Below, piece after piece: positions 34,869 to 44,602 of a DNA stretch of 64,000 bases; the first letter of the stretch is position 1, and each line of letters opens with the position of its first letter. The translations under genes were made by a program, and so were the position numbers. The notes under the pieces are model-generated. The model was not told the origin of the DNA. It ran no database searches and saw nothing but the letters and a program-made list of their open reading frames with translations. The stretch is from an uncultured Planctomycetaceae bacterium (GTDB lineage: Bacteria; Planctomycetota; Planctomycetia; Planctomycetales; Planctomycetaceae): assembly GCA_963813715.1 (NCBI GenBank), contig CAWFAK010000017.1, forward strand, positions 864,001-928,000. Direction: 5' to 3'.

Positions 34869-35134
34869 GACATCGGGACGGGACTGGGACATCGGGACGG
34901 GACTGGGACATCGGGACGGGACTGGGACATCGGGACGGGACTGGGACACCGGGACGGGACTGGGACACCGGGACGGGACTGGGACACCGGGACGGGACTG
35001 GGACACCGGGACGGGATTGGGACACCGGGACGGGACTGGGACACCGGGACGGGACTGGGACACCGGGACGGGACTGGGACACCGGGACGGGACTGGGACA
35101 CCGGGACGGGACTGGGACACCGGGACGGGATTGG
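34869..35134. repeat. Tandem array of 14 x 19-nt unit GACAYCGGGACGGGAYTGG
   Basis: 266 nt = 14 x 19. Units 1-4 begin GACATC and units 5-14 GACACC; units 8 and 14 end ATTGG. Confidence 0.97.
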
Positions 35135-35627
35135 AATGGGTCGTAGGGTGTGGAGGGCCGAGTCGAGGATTCGTCGCAGTTGAATTGTCGACCCACCCGA
35201 TTGGGGATTGTCTCGCCCCTTTAGGGGCTGCAGATCTCGGGACGCGCTCCCAATCACCGAACGGGACCCGAATATCGGGACGGGACCCGGACGGCAGGCG
35301 AACTCGCACGGGACCTCGAAGCCGCACAGGCACGAAGCCCCGGCGAACCGGAAAACGCCGGCAAGTGCGCTGGCGGCGGAGCGTCGTCTGCGGCCGTTCG
35401 CGGAGCGTCAGCGGCACCGGGTGCAGAGGGGTTGCCCCTGCGGCCGCTGCCGTTGTGTGGGCCGTAAGTTCTGTTATAGTTCTCTGTTCCGGCGAGGTGT
35501 TTTGGGTGGGGCGGAGAGGATCCTGCGCCGACGTCTCGCGTCCTTTCTCTTTTGTTGGGTTGATCGTCGTGCTCTAGTGCGGCACATGGCCGCGGGGTGC
35601 GTCGATGGAAATGGACTTTTTGCGTTT

Positions 35628-37441
35628 ATGGTCGATCGAAACCTCATTCGCGAATTCAACGTCAACGAAGCTGATCTCGAAAATGCCCTGGGCGGGTCAC
35701 TGACTGACTGGCACCAGGACGACGCCAAGATGGACGTCCTCTACGACGAGCGTGCCAGCTCGTTCGATGTCAATAAAACTGTCTCCGGCACCATCATTCG
35801 CATCGACGGCGAAGATGTGCTCGTCGACATTGGCTACAAGAGCGAAGGAATTGTGCCGCTCGAAGAATGGGCCGATGCCGCCGAACCGCCGAAGCCGGGT
35901 GAAAAAGTCGACGTGTTGTTGGAGGAGGTCGAGGACGACTTTGGCCTGATCCTGCTCTCGAAGCGCAAAGCCGACCGGATGCGCGAGTGGGAGAAGGTGA
36001 TCAAGAGCCACAAGGAAGGGGACGTCGTCAAAGGCAAGGTCGTCCGCAAGATCAAGGGCGGCCTGCTCGTGAACATCGGCGTCAACGTCTTCTTGCCGGC
36101 CAGCCAGGTCGACATCCGCCGGCCGCCCGATATCGGCATGTACATCGATCGCGAGATCGAGTGCGTGATTTTGAAGATCGACGAGCAGCGGCGGAACATC
36201 GTCGTCTCGCGGCGGAAGCTGATCGAAGACAAGCGCGAGAAGATGAAGCAGGCGCTGTTGTCGGAGATCGCTCCGGGACAGCTCCGCAAAGGCACGGTCA
36301 AGAACATTGCCGACTTCGGCGCGTTCGTGGACCTGGGCGGCATCGACGGCCTCTTGCACATCACTGACATGAGCTGGGGCCGCATCAGCCATCCGTCGGA
36401 GATGGTGAAGATCGACGACGAGATCGAGGTGGCGATCCTCAACGTCGATCGCGACCGCGAGAAGATCGCGCTGGGCCTCAAGCAGAAGTTCCCCAGCCCT
36501 TGGGAATTGGTCAACGACAAGTACCCCGTCGGCACGAAGGTGAAGGGGGAAGTCGTCAACGTAATGTCGTACGGAGCGTTCGTGAAGCTCGAGGACGGCA
36601 TCGAGGGGCTCGTGCACATCAGCGAGATGTCGTGGACGAAGCGGATCAATCACCCGAGCGAACTCGTCAACATTGGCGACGAGGTCGAGGTGGTGGTGCT
36701 CGGAATCAACCAGGACAAGCAGGAAATCTCGCTGGGCATGAAGCAGACCCAGCCCAATCCCTGGGAAAAGGTCGCCGAGAAGTATCCGCCCGGCAGCAAG
36801 GTCCAGGGCACCGTCCGCAATCTCACGAACTACGGTGCGTTTATCGAGCTGGAAGAGGGCGTGGACGGGCTGCTTGCACGTCAGCGACATGTCGTGGACG
36901 CGGAAGATTTCGCACGCCAACGAAATGCTCAAGCGCGGCGACGTCGTCGAGTGCCAGGTGATCTCGGTCGACGAGGACCGCAAGCGGATCGCGCTCGGTC
37001 TCAAGCAACTTGCAGGCGACCCGTGGGAGACGACGATCCCCGAGAAATTCCAGCCGGGAACGGTGGTCACAGGCAAGGTCACGAAGATCACGAACTTCGG
37101 CGTCTTCGTCGAACTTGAGCCGGAGCTGGAGGGACTGCTGCACATTTCGGAATTGGCCGACCACAAGGTCGACAATCCGGAAGAGATCGTCAAAGTCGGT
37201 CAGGAGATCGAAGTCCGCGTGCTGCGTGTAGACAGTGCGGAGCGCAAGATCGGTCTCAGCCGTCGTGTGCCCGGCAGCCGAAGGCGAGGCCCCGGCCGGC
37301 GGCGGCGACGAGGCGGCGCGAGGCACCGCGGTCCCGCGCGAGGAACTCAAAGGTGGAACGGGAAGTGGCTCGGCCGGCCCGCTGTTCACAATGGGCGGCG
37401 GCCCGGCGGACGGCGATTCGGAGGAATCCTCAGCGCCCTAA
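35628..37441 (+). CDS. rpsA: 30S ribosomal protein S1; frameshifts near 36873 and 37265
   Basis: VDIGYKSEG, FLPASQVD, FGAFVDLGGIDGLLHITDMSW, EGLVHISEMSW; six S1 repeats. Confidence 0.96.
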
Positions 37442-37833
37442 CCAAGGGCGCCCGAACGATCGCGCGAAACTGCGGCGATCGGAGAATTGAAAAAATCGCG
37501 CGAAACTTTGCGGCCCTCCGGTGCTCTCCGGAGGGCCGTTATTATTGCGCAGTTTGCCCCCTTTGAAGGTGGAATCTGTAGCGCCCGATCCTCTTCCGGT
37601 AGAGGATTTCACCTCAGCCCACCGATAAATCACTTCGGGCAATCGAGCCTCTCTTCGACTCACCAAGTCCCGCCGACCGGATCCCGACCGCACCGGGCGC
37701 GCCCCCGGCGGTCGGATCCCGTCGACGCCTTGACCGTTTCCTGATTGGGTGCCCTCCCGTTTTGGGCCGAGCCACCGCACGACTTACGCAACCCCGCAAC
37801 CCGCGGCCACCCGACAGCCATCGCAGGAACCCT

Positions 37834-38680
37834 ATGCAAAAAGTCACCCGTCGCCGTACCACTACCGCCGTCCAGTCGCCGCTGGAAACCTACCTGCGCG
37901 AGATCAACGAGACGGCTCTGTTGACCGCGAACGAGGAAAAGGAACTCTCCTACAGCATCGAGCAGGGAAACAAGGAGGCGCGCGACCGGATGGTCCGCGC
38001 GAACTTGCGGCTGGTCGTGAATATCGCCCGGGCGTACACCGGCAAGGGGCTGCCCCTGCAGGACTTGATCGAAGAGGGCAATCTCGGCTTGCTGCGGGCG
38101 GTCGAGGGTTTCGACCCAACGATGAATACCCGCTTCAGCACCTACGCCAGCTACTGGATCAAGCAGTCGATCAAGCGGGCCCTCGTCAACTCGGCGAAGA
38201 CGATTCGCATTCCCGCGTATATGGTCGAGCTGTTGTCCAAATGGCGGCGGGCGACGGCCAAGCTGGCCGACCAGTTCGGCCGCACGCCGACGCTGGAAGA
38301 GGTGGCCCTGGAACTGGGGCTGCCGAAGAAGAAGCTGCGGATCGTCAAGAAGGCGATCCAGCTTTATAACTCCGCTCCGCAGACCGACCAGGCCGAGTCG
38401 GGGTGGTCGCTGGGCGAGATGATCGCCGACGAGCGGACCAAGGCGCCGGAAGACGAGTTAGTCGACAGCGACAACCTGATCCACGTCTTCGGCATGCTCG
38501 AGAAGATGGAGTCTCGCGAGGCGATCATCCTGCGGATGCGGTTCGGACTTGATGATTCGGAACCGAAAACGCTTAAGGAGATCGGCGAGACTCTCGGGTC
38601 TCACCCGCGAGCGCGTCCGCCAGATCGAAAGCGACGCTCTCGATAAATTGGCCCGTGGACTGCTGGGTGAGACGGCCTAG
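37834..38680 (+). CDS. RpoD/SigA-family sigma-70 factor lacking region 1.1; frameshift near 38597
   Basis: YLREI, ANLRLVVNIA, DLIEEGNLGL, RFSTYASYWIKQ, TLKEIG; LTRERVRQIE continues in the shifted frame to TAG 38680. Confidence 0.9.
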
Positions 38681-38767
38681 AATTGATTCCCGTCGCGGGG
38701 ACGGCGGAAGCGGTTGGTGAAAGCGGTGCCCCTTTGAGCGGCAGGAAGGGGCCTGCTTTCGGGGGAG

Positions 38768-39466
38768 TTAACGGTTGCCGATCTCGGCCTCGGCGGTATT
38801 GAGGTACGTGTTCAAACGCCGGTCAAATTCGTCGCGTTCTTTGGTGCGGGGGCCGAGGGTCCGCGGAGTCAGGTCGCGGGCCGCCCAGAGAAGCTGCTGC
38901 TTCGCGGGTTCCGAGGCGTTCGCCGATTTCTGGAGATCGCGGACGATCGGATCCAGGGCAGTGCGCGTTCGCTGAGCGAGAGCGCGCCATTCGGCCTCGG
39001 TGGCCGACTTCTCCCGCAGTTCCTGGACCTCGCCGCTGATTGCTCGCAGCGCTTGCAAGTAGCTCCGCTCGCGGGAGTAGGGGTCCTGAAACCAGAAGAG
39101 AAAGAGCCCGTTCAACAACAGCCAGACAGCCAGGCCAGTACACAAATCCCAATTCGAGCGGAGCAGTCGGCCCAGACCACCCTTCCCCGTAGACAGCGGG
39201 GGCTGCGGCGCCGCGGCTGAGCGTGCCGGGAAATCGCCACCCCAATTCTGTTGCGACATCGGAAACGACGCAGGAGCGACGCTCGCGGTCCGGAACGGTC
39301 GCCACGGACCGTCGGTCCCCTGTCGCACGCGAACCTGGAGAGCCGTTTCGCCGGAACCGTTGAGCAGCTCTTCCAGGTCGGCACGAGTGAGCGGGCCGTG
39401 GACTCGGCCGTCGAGCTGGTAAAACCATTCCTCGCCGGGAGGAATTGGTGCGTCATTCGGATACAC
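38768..39466 (-). CDS. GYF_2/DUF4339-domain membrane protein; start uncertain
   Basis: EEWFYQLDGRVHGPL...GPWRP, one TM, helical C-terminus. Confidence 0.65.
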   Translation of the reverse strand: MYPNDAPIPPGEEWFYQLDGRVHGPLTRADLEELLNGSGETALQVRVRQGTDGPWRPFRTASVAPASFPMSQQNWGGDFPARSAAAPQPPLSTGKGGLGRLLRSNWDLCTGLAVWLLLNGLFLFWFQDPYSRERSYLQALRAISGEVQELREKSATEAEWRALAQRTRTALDPIVRDLQKSANASEPAKQQLLWAARDLTPRTLGPRTKERDEFDRRLNTYLNTAEAEIGNR

Positions 39467-39483
39467 GTCGATCGCCAAATGCG

Positions 39484-39843
39484 TTAAGCGCCAAATGGAA
39501 GCTCGAAGTGCTGCGAGTTGTCCTTCGAGTAGAGGCGCTGCCAAATCTGCGGATCGATATTCTCACTAAGAAATTGGGCCGAGCCATCACGCAGCTCTCC
39601 TGGGCCGCCGTTCCAGACGACGGCGGGCCGGAAGCAGGAATGGGCGTCGTGATAGTTGTGCAGCGCAGCTCCCAATTGTCGCAGGTTATTGGGACACTGC
39701 GTCGCACGGGAGACCTCGCGTGCCGCCTGCACGGCCGGCAAGAGCAAGGCCGCCAACAGACCGATGATGCCGATCACCACGACCAGCTCGATCATCGTGA
39801 AGCCGCGTTTGGGTTCGGCCAAGCTCACCGCCTCCGTGGCCAA
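39484..39843 (-). CDS. Very short DUF1559-type prepilin protein (internally deleted; possible pseudogene)
   Basis: [31 protein letters not shown]...[18 protein letters not shown] joined almost directly to [12 protein letters not shown]. Confidence 0.75.
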   Translation of the reverse strand: MATEAVSLAEPKRGFTMIELVVVIGIIGLLAALLLPAVQAAREVSRATQCPNNLRQLGAALHNYHDAHSCFRPAVVWNGGPGELRDGSAQFLSENIDPQIWQRLYSKDNSQHFELPFGA

Positions 39844-40158
39844 TCAAATTCCTGGCCAACCAAATTCAGCACGGCGAAGAATGAGCGCGGGAGCGCTCAA
39901 GATGCACTCCCGCGCACGAGGCTGTTGCCGATACATCGGAACAGCTCCGGAGATGGTATCGCGACCGTACGCCGCGCCCGAATGAATTGCAAGCGCGATC
40001 GTCGAATTCGGCCGAGCGAGCATCAAGCTGCAGACGCCGGCAAAGTTTGGGCCTCTTTCGCATCCACCCGCAGCGCCCGCCCGTACTTGCAACGTTCGCG
40101 GGCGCAAGCGAAGATCGGCCGCGACCGACTCGCCACGCAACATCCAGGAGAAGCGACC

Positions 40159-40758
40159 ATGTCGAATCCGGCGGAAACTCAGGTGCCCGTGCACGAGTTG
40201 ATCCGCGAGCGGTGGAGCCCGATCGCCTTTTCGGACCGCCGCCTCGAGCGCGAGCAGATCGTCAGCCTGCTGGAAGCGGCCCGCTGGGCTCCTTCCTCTT
40301 TTAACGGTCAACCCTGGTCATATCTGATCGCGACCAAGGACGAGCCGGCGGAATTTGAACGACTCGCGAGCTGCCTGGTCGAGGGAAATTCCTGGGCCAA
40401 GCAGGCTCCGTTGCTGCTGCTGGCAATCGCCGCGACGAATTTCACGCACAACGGCAAGCCGAACAATCACGCGTTTCACGACGTCGGGCTAGCGAACGAG
40501 AATTTGGTGCTGCAAGCCACGTCGCTGGGACTCTTCGTGCACCAGATGGCCGGCTTCCTGCCGGACAAGGCCCGCGAGTTGTTCGCGATTCCCGAAGATC
40601 AGGTGCCGCTCACGATGATCGCCGTCGGCTACCACGGTCAGGCGGGCGACCTGAGCGAAGCGCTGCAGAAGCGCGAGCAGGCAGCCCGGTCACGCAAGCC
40701 CCTCAAGGAACTTGTCTTCACGGGCAGGTGGGGGCAGATCTCGCTGCTCGTCAAATGA
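40159..40758 (+). CDS. Nitroreductase family protein
   Basis: IRERWSPIAF, EAARWAPSSFNGQPW, VHQMAGF, RSRKP; CAGGAG RBS. Confidence 0.92.
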   Translation: MSNPAETQVPVHELIRERWSPIAFSDRRLEREQIVSLLEAARWAPSSFNGQPWSYLIATKDEPAEFERLASCLVEGNSWAKQAPLLLLAIAATNFTHNGKPNNHAFHDVGLANENLVLQATSLGLFVHQMAGFLPDKARELFAIPEDQVPLTMIAVGYHGQAGDLSEALQKREQAARSRKPLKELVFTGRWGQISLLVK

Positions 40759-40899
40759 GCGCCGTGCAGCCCACGAAATCGGCGGGGCGTAAAAGGCGAA
40801 CGGGGCGAGCGTTTCGGCGGAGCGCTGTTGCGACGGTAGTACCGTCGGACAGCTCGCTCGGCCGAAGCGTCGCCCCTGCCGGATCCGAACAAGCGTCGT

Positions 40900-41073
40900 T
40901 TAAGTGAGCGCTTGCTGGACCTGATTGAACTTCGCGTTCGCGTTGGTGCCGACTGCCTGGATGGCACCCAAGCAAACCACAACGATCAAGGCGAGCATCA
41001 CGGCGTACTCGACCGCGGTGGGGCCGTCTTCGGAAACCAGGAACTGTTTCACGAGCACTTTGAAGTTTTTCAT
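40900..41073 (-). CDS. Flp family type IVb pilin
   Basis: 57 aa; EDG|PTAVEYAVMLALI prepilin motif; GAGG RBS. Confidence 0.93.
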   Translation of the reverse strand: MKNFKVLVKQFLVSEDGPTAVEYAVMLALIVVVCLGAIQAVGTNANAKFNQVQQALT

Positions 41074-41387
41074 GGTGGTCCTCTCGCTTTCTGGTGACGG
41101 GTTGGCCCTGGCGGACTTCCAAGGCCGAACACCCAAACATTTGCTGCATCGATCGATGACAAATGTCCGGGACATGACGCTAAAACAAACATAGGTCGCC
41201 GTGGCGGACAGAAACGATCCATTTATGAAAACTCCGTCATGCGGAGCCGCGGCAACAGGCGATGTTGACTTCCGGCAACGGCGCACGCGCGTCCTGTCTG
41301 CCTCCGTTCCCGATCTCAAGAAACCCGTTTTTCTGCGAGAAAATCAGCTAAATCGGGTACGCAGAAATGTTTGGTGAAGGCCGTGTG

Positions 41388-41867
41388 TCAGTGCTTCGGC
41401 ACATCCACGGTGACTCCGTAGCGTGCGGCCGCGGTGGGTAGTTGTGCGAGCTCTTCCGGGGTAGGAGGTGACGCCGTCGTCGCGCCGGGAGAAACGGGGC
41501 GGCCAATCTCCACGAACATCTCTTCGAGGCCAGCCGGCGCCAGCGTGATCAGCATCTTCGCTGGTTCGTCGGTCGCATTAGCGAATGAATGGAGGCTGCC
41601 GACGGGCAGGTTGACAAAATCACCGGCCCGCGCAGCGAACCGCTCTCCGTCGACGGTGATCTGCAGTTCTCCTTGCAAGACGTAAAAGCCCTCCTCTTCC
41701 CGACTGTGTTTGTGCGGCGGCGGTCCGCCTCCGGGGGGCACGATGGCCTCAATGAGGGCGTACTTGCCGTCGGTTTCGTCGCCGGTGGCCAGCAGGTGAT
41801 ATACGTCCCCCACGACCGCAATCGTGCGTGCTTCGCCGATTTTGCTTCTGACCGGTTTGCGAGTCAT
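41388..41867 (-). CDS. Cupin (quercetinase-like) protein
   Basis: GPPPHKHSREEEGFYVLQG and PVGSLHSF motifs. Confidence 0.9.
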   Translation of the reverse strand: MTRKPVRSKIGEARTIAVVGDVYHLLATGDETDGKYALIEAIVPPGGGPPPHKHSREEEGFYVLQGELQITVDGERFAARAGDFVNLPVGSLHSFANATDEPAKMLITLAPAGLEEMFVEIGRPVSPGATTASPPTPEELAQLPTAAARYGVTVDVPKH

Positions 41868-41954
41868 GCGGAACGGCCCTCGTGAGGGTTTGCCGGAGCA
41901 ACGTCTGGGCGTGCATGAGCGTAGCGGATTCGAGGCTCCGATCGAAGAGATGCC

Positions 41955-43325
41955 TTACGCTTCGCCGGGAGCGAGCGGAGTCGAGGCAGGTGTGATGCAG
42001 GTGCGCAATCGGCGGTCAATGATTTCGCGGTCGAAGGGGGAGTTGGTTTTCTTGCGGGCCACTTCGAGATGGCGGCGGGCACGGTTGAGATCGCCGGCGC
42101 GGCGGTAAAACTCGCCGAGCGTGGCGTGAAAGAGGTGATAGCGTTGCAGTCCGGCGTCGTGGCCGGCTTCGTCCAAGGCCCGGATGCCGGCCGCCGGTCC
42201 GTCGATCTGCGCGACGACAATGGCTCGGTTGAGCAAATACACGGGCGAACGGTGAATTGCGATCAGCGCGTCGTACAACTTCAGGATCGCGGGCCAGTCG
42301 GTCTCGGCAAAACTCTTGGCCGAACAGTGATGCAGCGCGATCCCAGCTTCCAGGTGATAAACGGAAACAACCTGGCCACGGGCCGACAGATCCAGAAAAT
42401 CCTGGGCGCGGCGAATTAGTCGCTCGTCCCACTTCGCTCGATCCTGCTCTTCGATCAGCAGGACAAAGCCGCCAGGGCCAAGCCTCGCATCAAGACGGGC
42501 GGCGTGAAACAGCATGAGTGCCAGCAGCGCCTGCGTCGGTGGTGTGGCGAACCGCGGTTGCGAGCACAATAAATGACAAAGTCGGGCGGCCTCTTCGCAG
42601 ACGTCCTCACGAATCGCCGCTTCGCCGGCGGTCGAGCTGTAGCCCTCGTTGAAGAGCAGATAAAGCACCTGATGCACGCTGTCGAGCCGGCTCGCGAGCT
42701 CGTCGGCTCCGGGAGGCTCGAGCGCGATTTGATTTTCGACCAGGTCTCGAGTGGCCCGCTGGAGCCGTTTCTTCACCGTCTCTTCCTCGATCAAGAGAGC
42801 GCGGGCAATTTCCGACGTGCCAAGGCCGCAGAGCGCCTTGAGGGTGAGCGCCAATTGGTTCTCGCGGGCGAGCCGCGGGTGACAGCAGGCGAACATCATT
42901 TTGAGCTGGCTGTCCTCGATCTCGCTGTCGAGGAAAAAATCGTCGAGCTGGCCTTCGCGTGGCGTTGGCTCGGCGGCCAGTTCTTCGATCGCCCTGCGAC
43001 CGATCTGGCTGCGACGCAGGGCATCGAGGATTTTGTTCTTAGCGACGCGATGAAGCCACGCGGTCGGATTCTCGGGGACTTGAACGCGCCAGGCCTGGAG
43101 CGCATCCAAGAGCGTCGACTGCACCATGTCCTCGACTAGGTCGAAGTTGCGCCAGCCGAAGACACGCGTGAGCACCGAAACGAGTCGCGCCGCTTCGTGG
43201 CGGAAAAAGTGCTCCACGAGCGGCGCAACGGATTCAGATTGCGAGGGCGCCGAGGCGGCAGACAAGCGGGCAGCCGACGCTGCCGAACGGTCTGCCGAAG
43301 AGTCCTCGGGGCGGACGCCGGTCAT
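41955..43325 (-). CDS. ECF sigma factor with C-terminal TPR-like extension (ECF42-like)
   Basis: P.NPTAWL, MMFACCHPRL, EIARALL, VLYLLFNEGY, DRAKWD, TDWPAILKLYD; co-located with a DGPF/YCII gene. Confidence 0.88.
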   Translation of the reverse strand: MTGVRPEDSSADRSAASAARLSAASAPSQSESVAPLVEHFFRHEAARLVSVLTRVFGWRNFDLVEDMVQSTLLDALQAWRVQVPENPTAWLHRVAKNKILDALRRSQIGRRAIEELAAEPTPREGQLDDFFLDSEIEDSQLKMMFACCHPRLARENQLALTLKALCGLGTSEIARALLIEEETVKKRLQRATRDLVENQIALEPPGADELASRLDSVHQVLYLLFNEGYSSTAGEAAIREDVCEEAARLCHLLCSQPRFATPPTQALLALMLFHAARLDARLGPGGFVLLIEEQDRAKWDERLIRRAQDFLDLSARGQVVSVYHLEAGIALHHCSAKSFAETDWPAILKLYDALIAIHRSPVYLLNRAIVVAQIDGPAAGIRALDEAGHDAGLQRYHLFHATLGEFYRRAGDLNRARRHLEVARKKTNSPFDREIIDRRLRTCITPASTPLAPGEA

Positions 43326-43864
43326 TTCTTCTTCCGGACGAAGGTGGACGCGTGAGTGCTCTCGGGCTTGCCGTCCTTGTAGAGAACCCACTCCGATTTT
43401 AAGTGGTCGGCGTCGACGAAGGTGAAAGTGGCCTGGTGCATATGCTCTTCGGTCTCCAGCTGCCGATCCTCACCTTCAGGGCAGCGGAAGCGGATTTGAT
43501 TGGGCTCGGTGGTCGCAAGGGCTCGCATGTGGGGTCGATTGCCGAGCATGCAATAGTGCGTCAGCGCCAGTCCGTCCCCTTCGACGTAATACAAAGTGAC
43601 CATTTCGTGCTCGCTGCCGGCAAAGACCGTTTCGAGCACGGCGTTGCCGCCGGCCGTGATCTTGTAACTGACGGTTGCCGGGCCCGTGCCGCCGTGTTCG
43701 TCGGGCATTCCCGTCATTTCCCAAACTCCGACAAGGGCTTTGAACTTGTCGAGGTCGGCGTGCTTGGCTTTGTTTTGGTCCGAGTGATGTTCGCCGGCGG
43801 TCGCGGCGTACCCCAGTACGGTGACAGCCGCCAAGGCGAGCATGCAGGTCGTAATGGCTTTCAT
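43322..43864 (-). CDS. Secreted hypothetical protein (beta-barrel-like)
   Basis: Signal peptide; FKALVGVW, EMVTLY, LTHYCMLGNRPHM; ATGA overlap with the sigma gene. Confidence 0.75.
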   Translation of the reverse strand: MKAITTCMLALAAVTVLGYAATAGEHHSDQNKAKHADLDKFKALVGVWEMTGMPDEHGGTGPATVSYKITAGGNAVLETVFAGSEHEMVTLYYVEGDGLALTHYCMLGNRPHMRALATTEPNQIRFRCPEGEDRQLETEEHMHQATFTFVDADHLKSEWVLYKDGKPESTHASTFVRKKK

Positions 43865-43945
43865 CGCGGATTCCTTGGTTCAGTGGGAGAGGGCAGTTGG
43901 AGAATGTTGCGAATGCTGGTCAGTCATTGCTTTCAGCCAAGTTGC

Positions 43946-44296
43946 CTAGAGCTTGGAGGCCAAACCGGCGAGCGTGCGAACTTCGACGGCTCCGCCGTAC
44001 TCCAGGGCCGGGCAGCCTTTGGCCAATTCAGTCGCGGCATCGATAGTCGGTGCTTCGACGACCGAGTAACCGCCGACCACTTCCTTGGACTCGACGAACG
44101 GACCGTCCTTGACCACCTTGCCACGGACGACGCGACCTTCTGGAGTGAGCGCGTCGCCAGGGTCGACCATCCAGCCTTTTTGCATGGCTTCGCCGATCCA
44201 GGCTCCCCATTTCTGCATGACTTGCTGCATCTGCTCGGGGCTCATGCTCCGCTCCGCCTCGTTGCCGCCTCGGTAAACAAACATAAATCGGGCCAT
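43946..44296 (-). CDS. YCII-related (DGPF) protein
   Basis: KDGPFVESKEVVGGY...AKGCP...VEVR; AAGGA RBS. Confidence 0.9.
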   Translation of the reverse strand: MARFMFVYRGGNEAERSMSPEQMQQVMQKWGAWIGEAMQKGWMVDPGDALTPEGRVVRGKVVKDGPFVESKEVVGGYSVVEAPTIDAATELAKGCPALEYGGAVEVRTLAGLASKL

Positions 44297-44385
44297 GGGT
44301 GCGTTCCTTTCGTGCTGGGTGATTTGGTCTGTGAATTGTTTCCGTCGGCTATCTGATTCGTGTCAGGCAGCGTTTCGTAGATCAT

Positions 44386-44412
44386 GACGAACGGGACCGT
44401 CGCCCCGGGACA
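44386..44412 (-). promoter_or_regulatory. Candidate ECF autoregulatory promoter
   Basis: Minus strand TGTCCC...TTCGTC, resembling TGTC/CGTC ECF42-type promoters, ~90 nt upstream of the YCII gene. Confidence 0.45.
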
Positions 44413-44602
44413 CTTTTTTTGAAGTTTTCAAAAATGCACAAATCTATGGCTCAAAGCCCTCGTTGTGCGCAAATCCTAGCAGGCATGGCAGTTACGGTTT
44501 TTGCCCGGGCTGCCCGTCCGCTTGCTCGTCTCGCAGTCCCCGCTTAGTCTCTTGGGCAGCACCTATTGCGCTTTAGTGCTTACGGGCCCAAGGAACACAT
44601 GC

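Noticed and set aside
34566..35134. CRISPR array
   Set aside because: Units are head-to-tail with no unique spacers, are too short, and no cas genes are present.
34362..35417. Pro/Ser- or Gly/Trp-rich repeat ORFs over the tandem arrays
   Set aside because: The 19-nt and mixed 14/15-nt units are not codon multiples, and many frames are open only because the repeats lack stops.
39445..40158. Long N-terminal extension on the nitroreductase ORF (similar extensions on rpsA, proC and glnA)
   Set aside because: Upstream in-frame starts overlap other genes or regulatory DNA; downstream starts match normal family lengths and mostly have an RBS.
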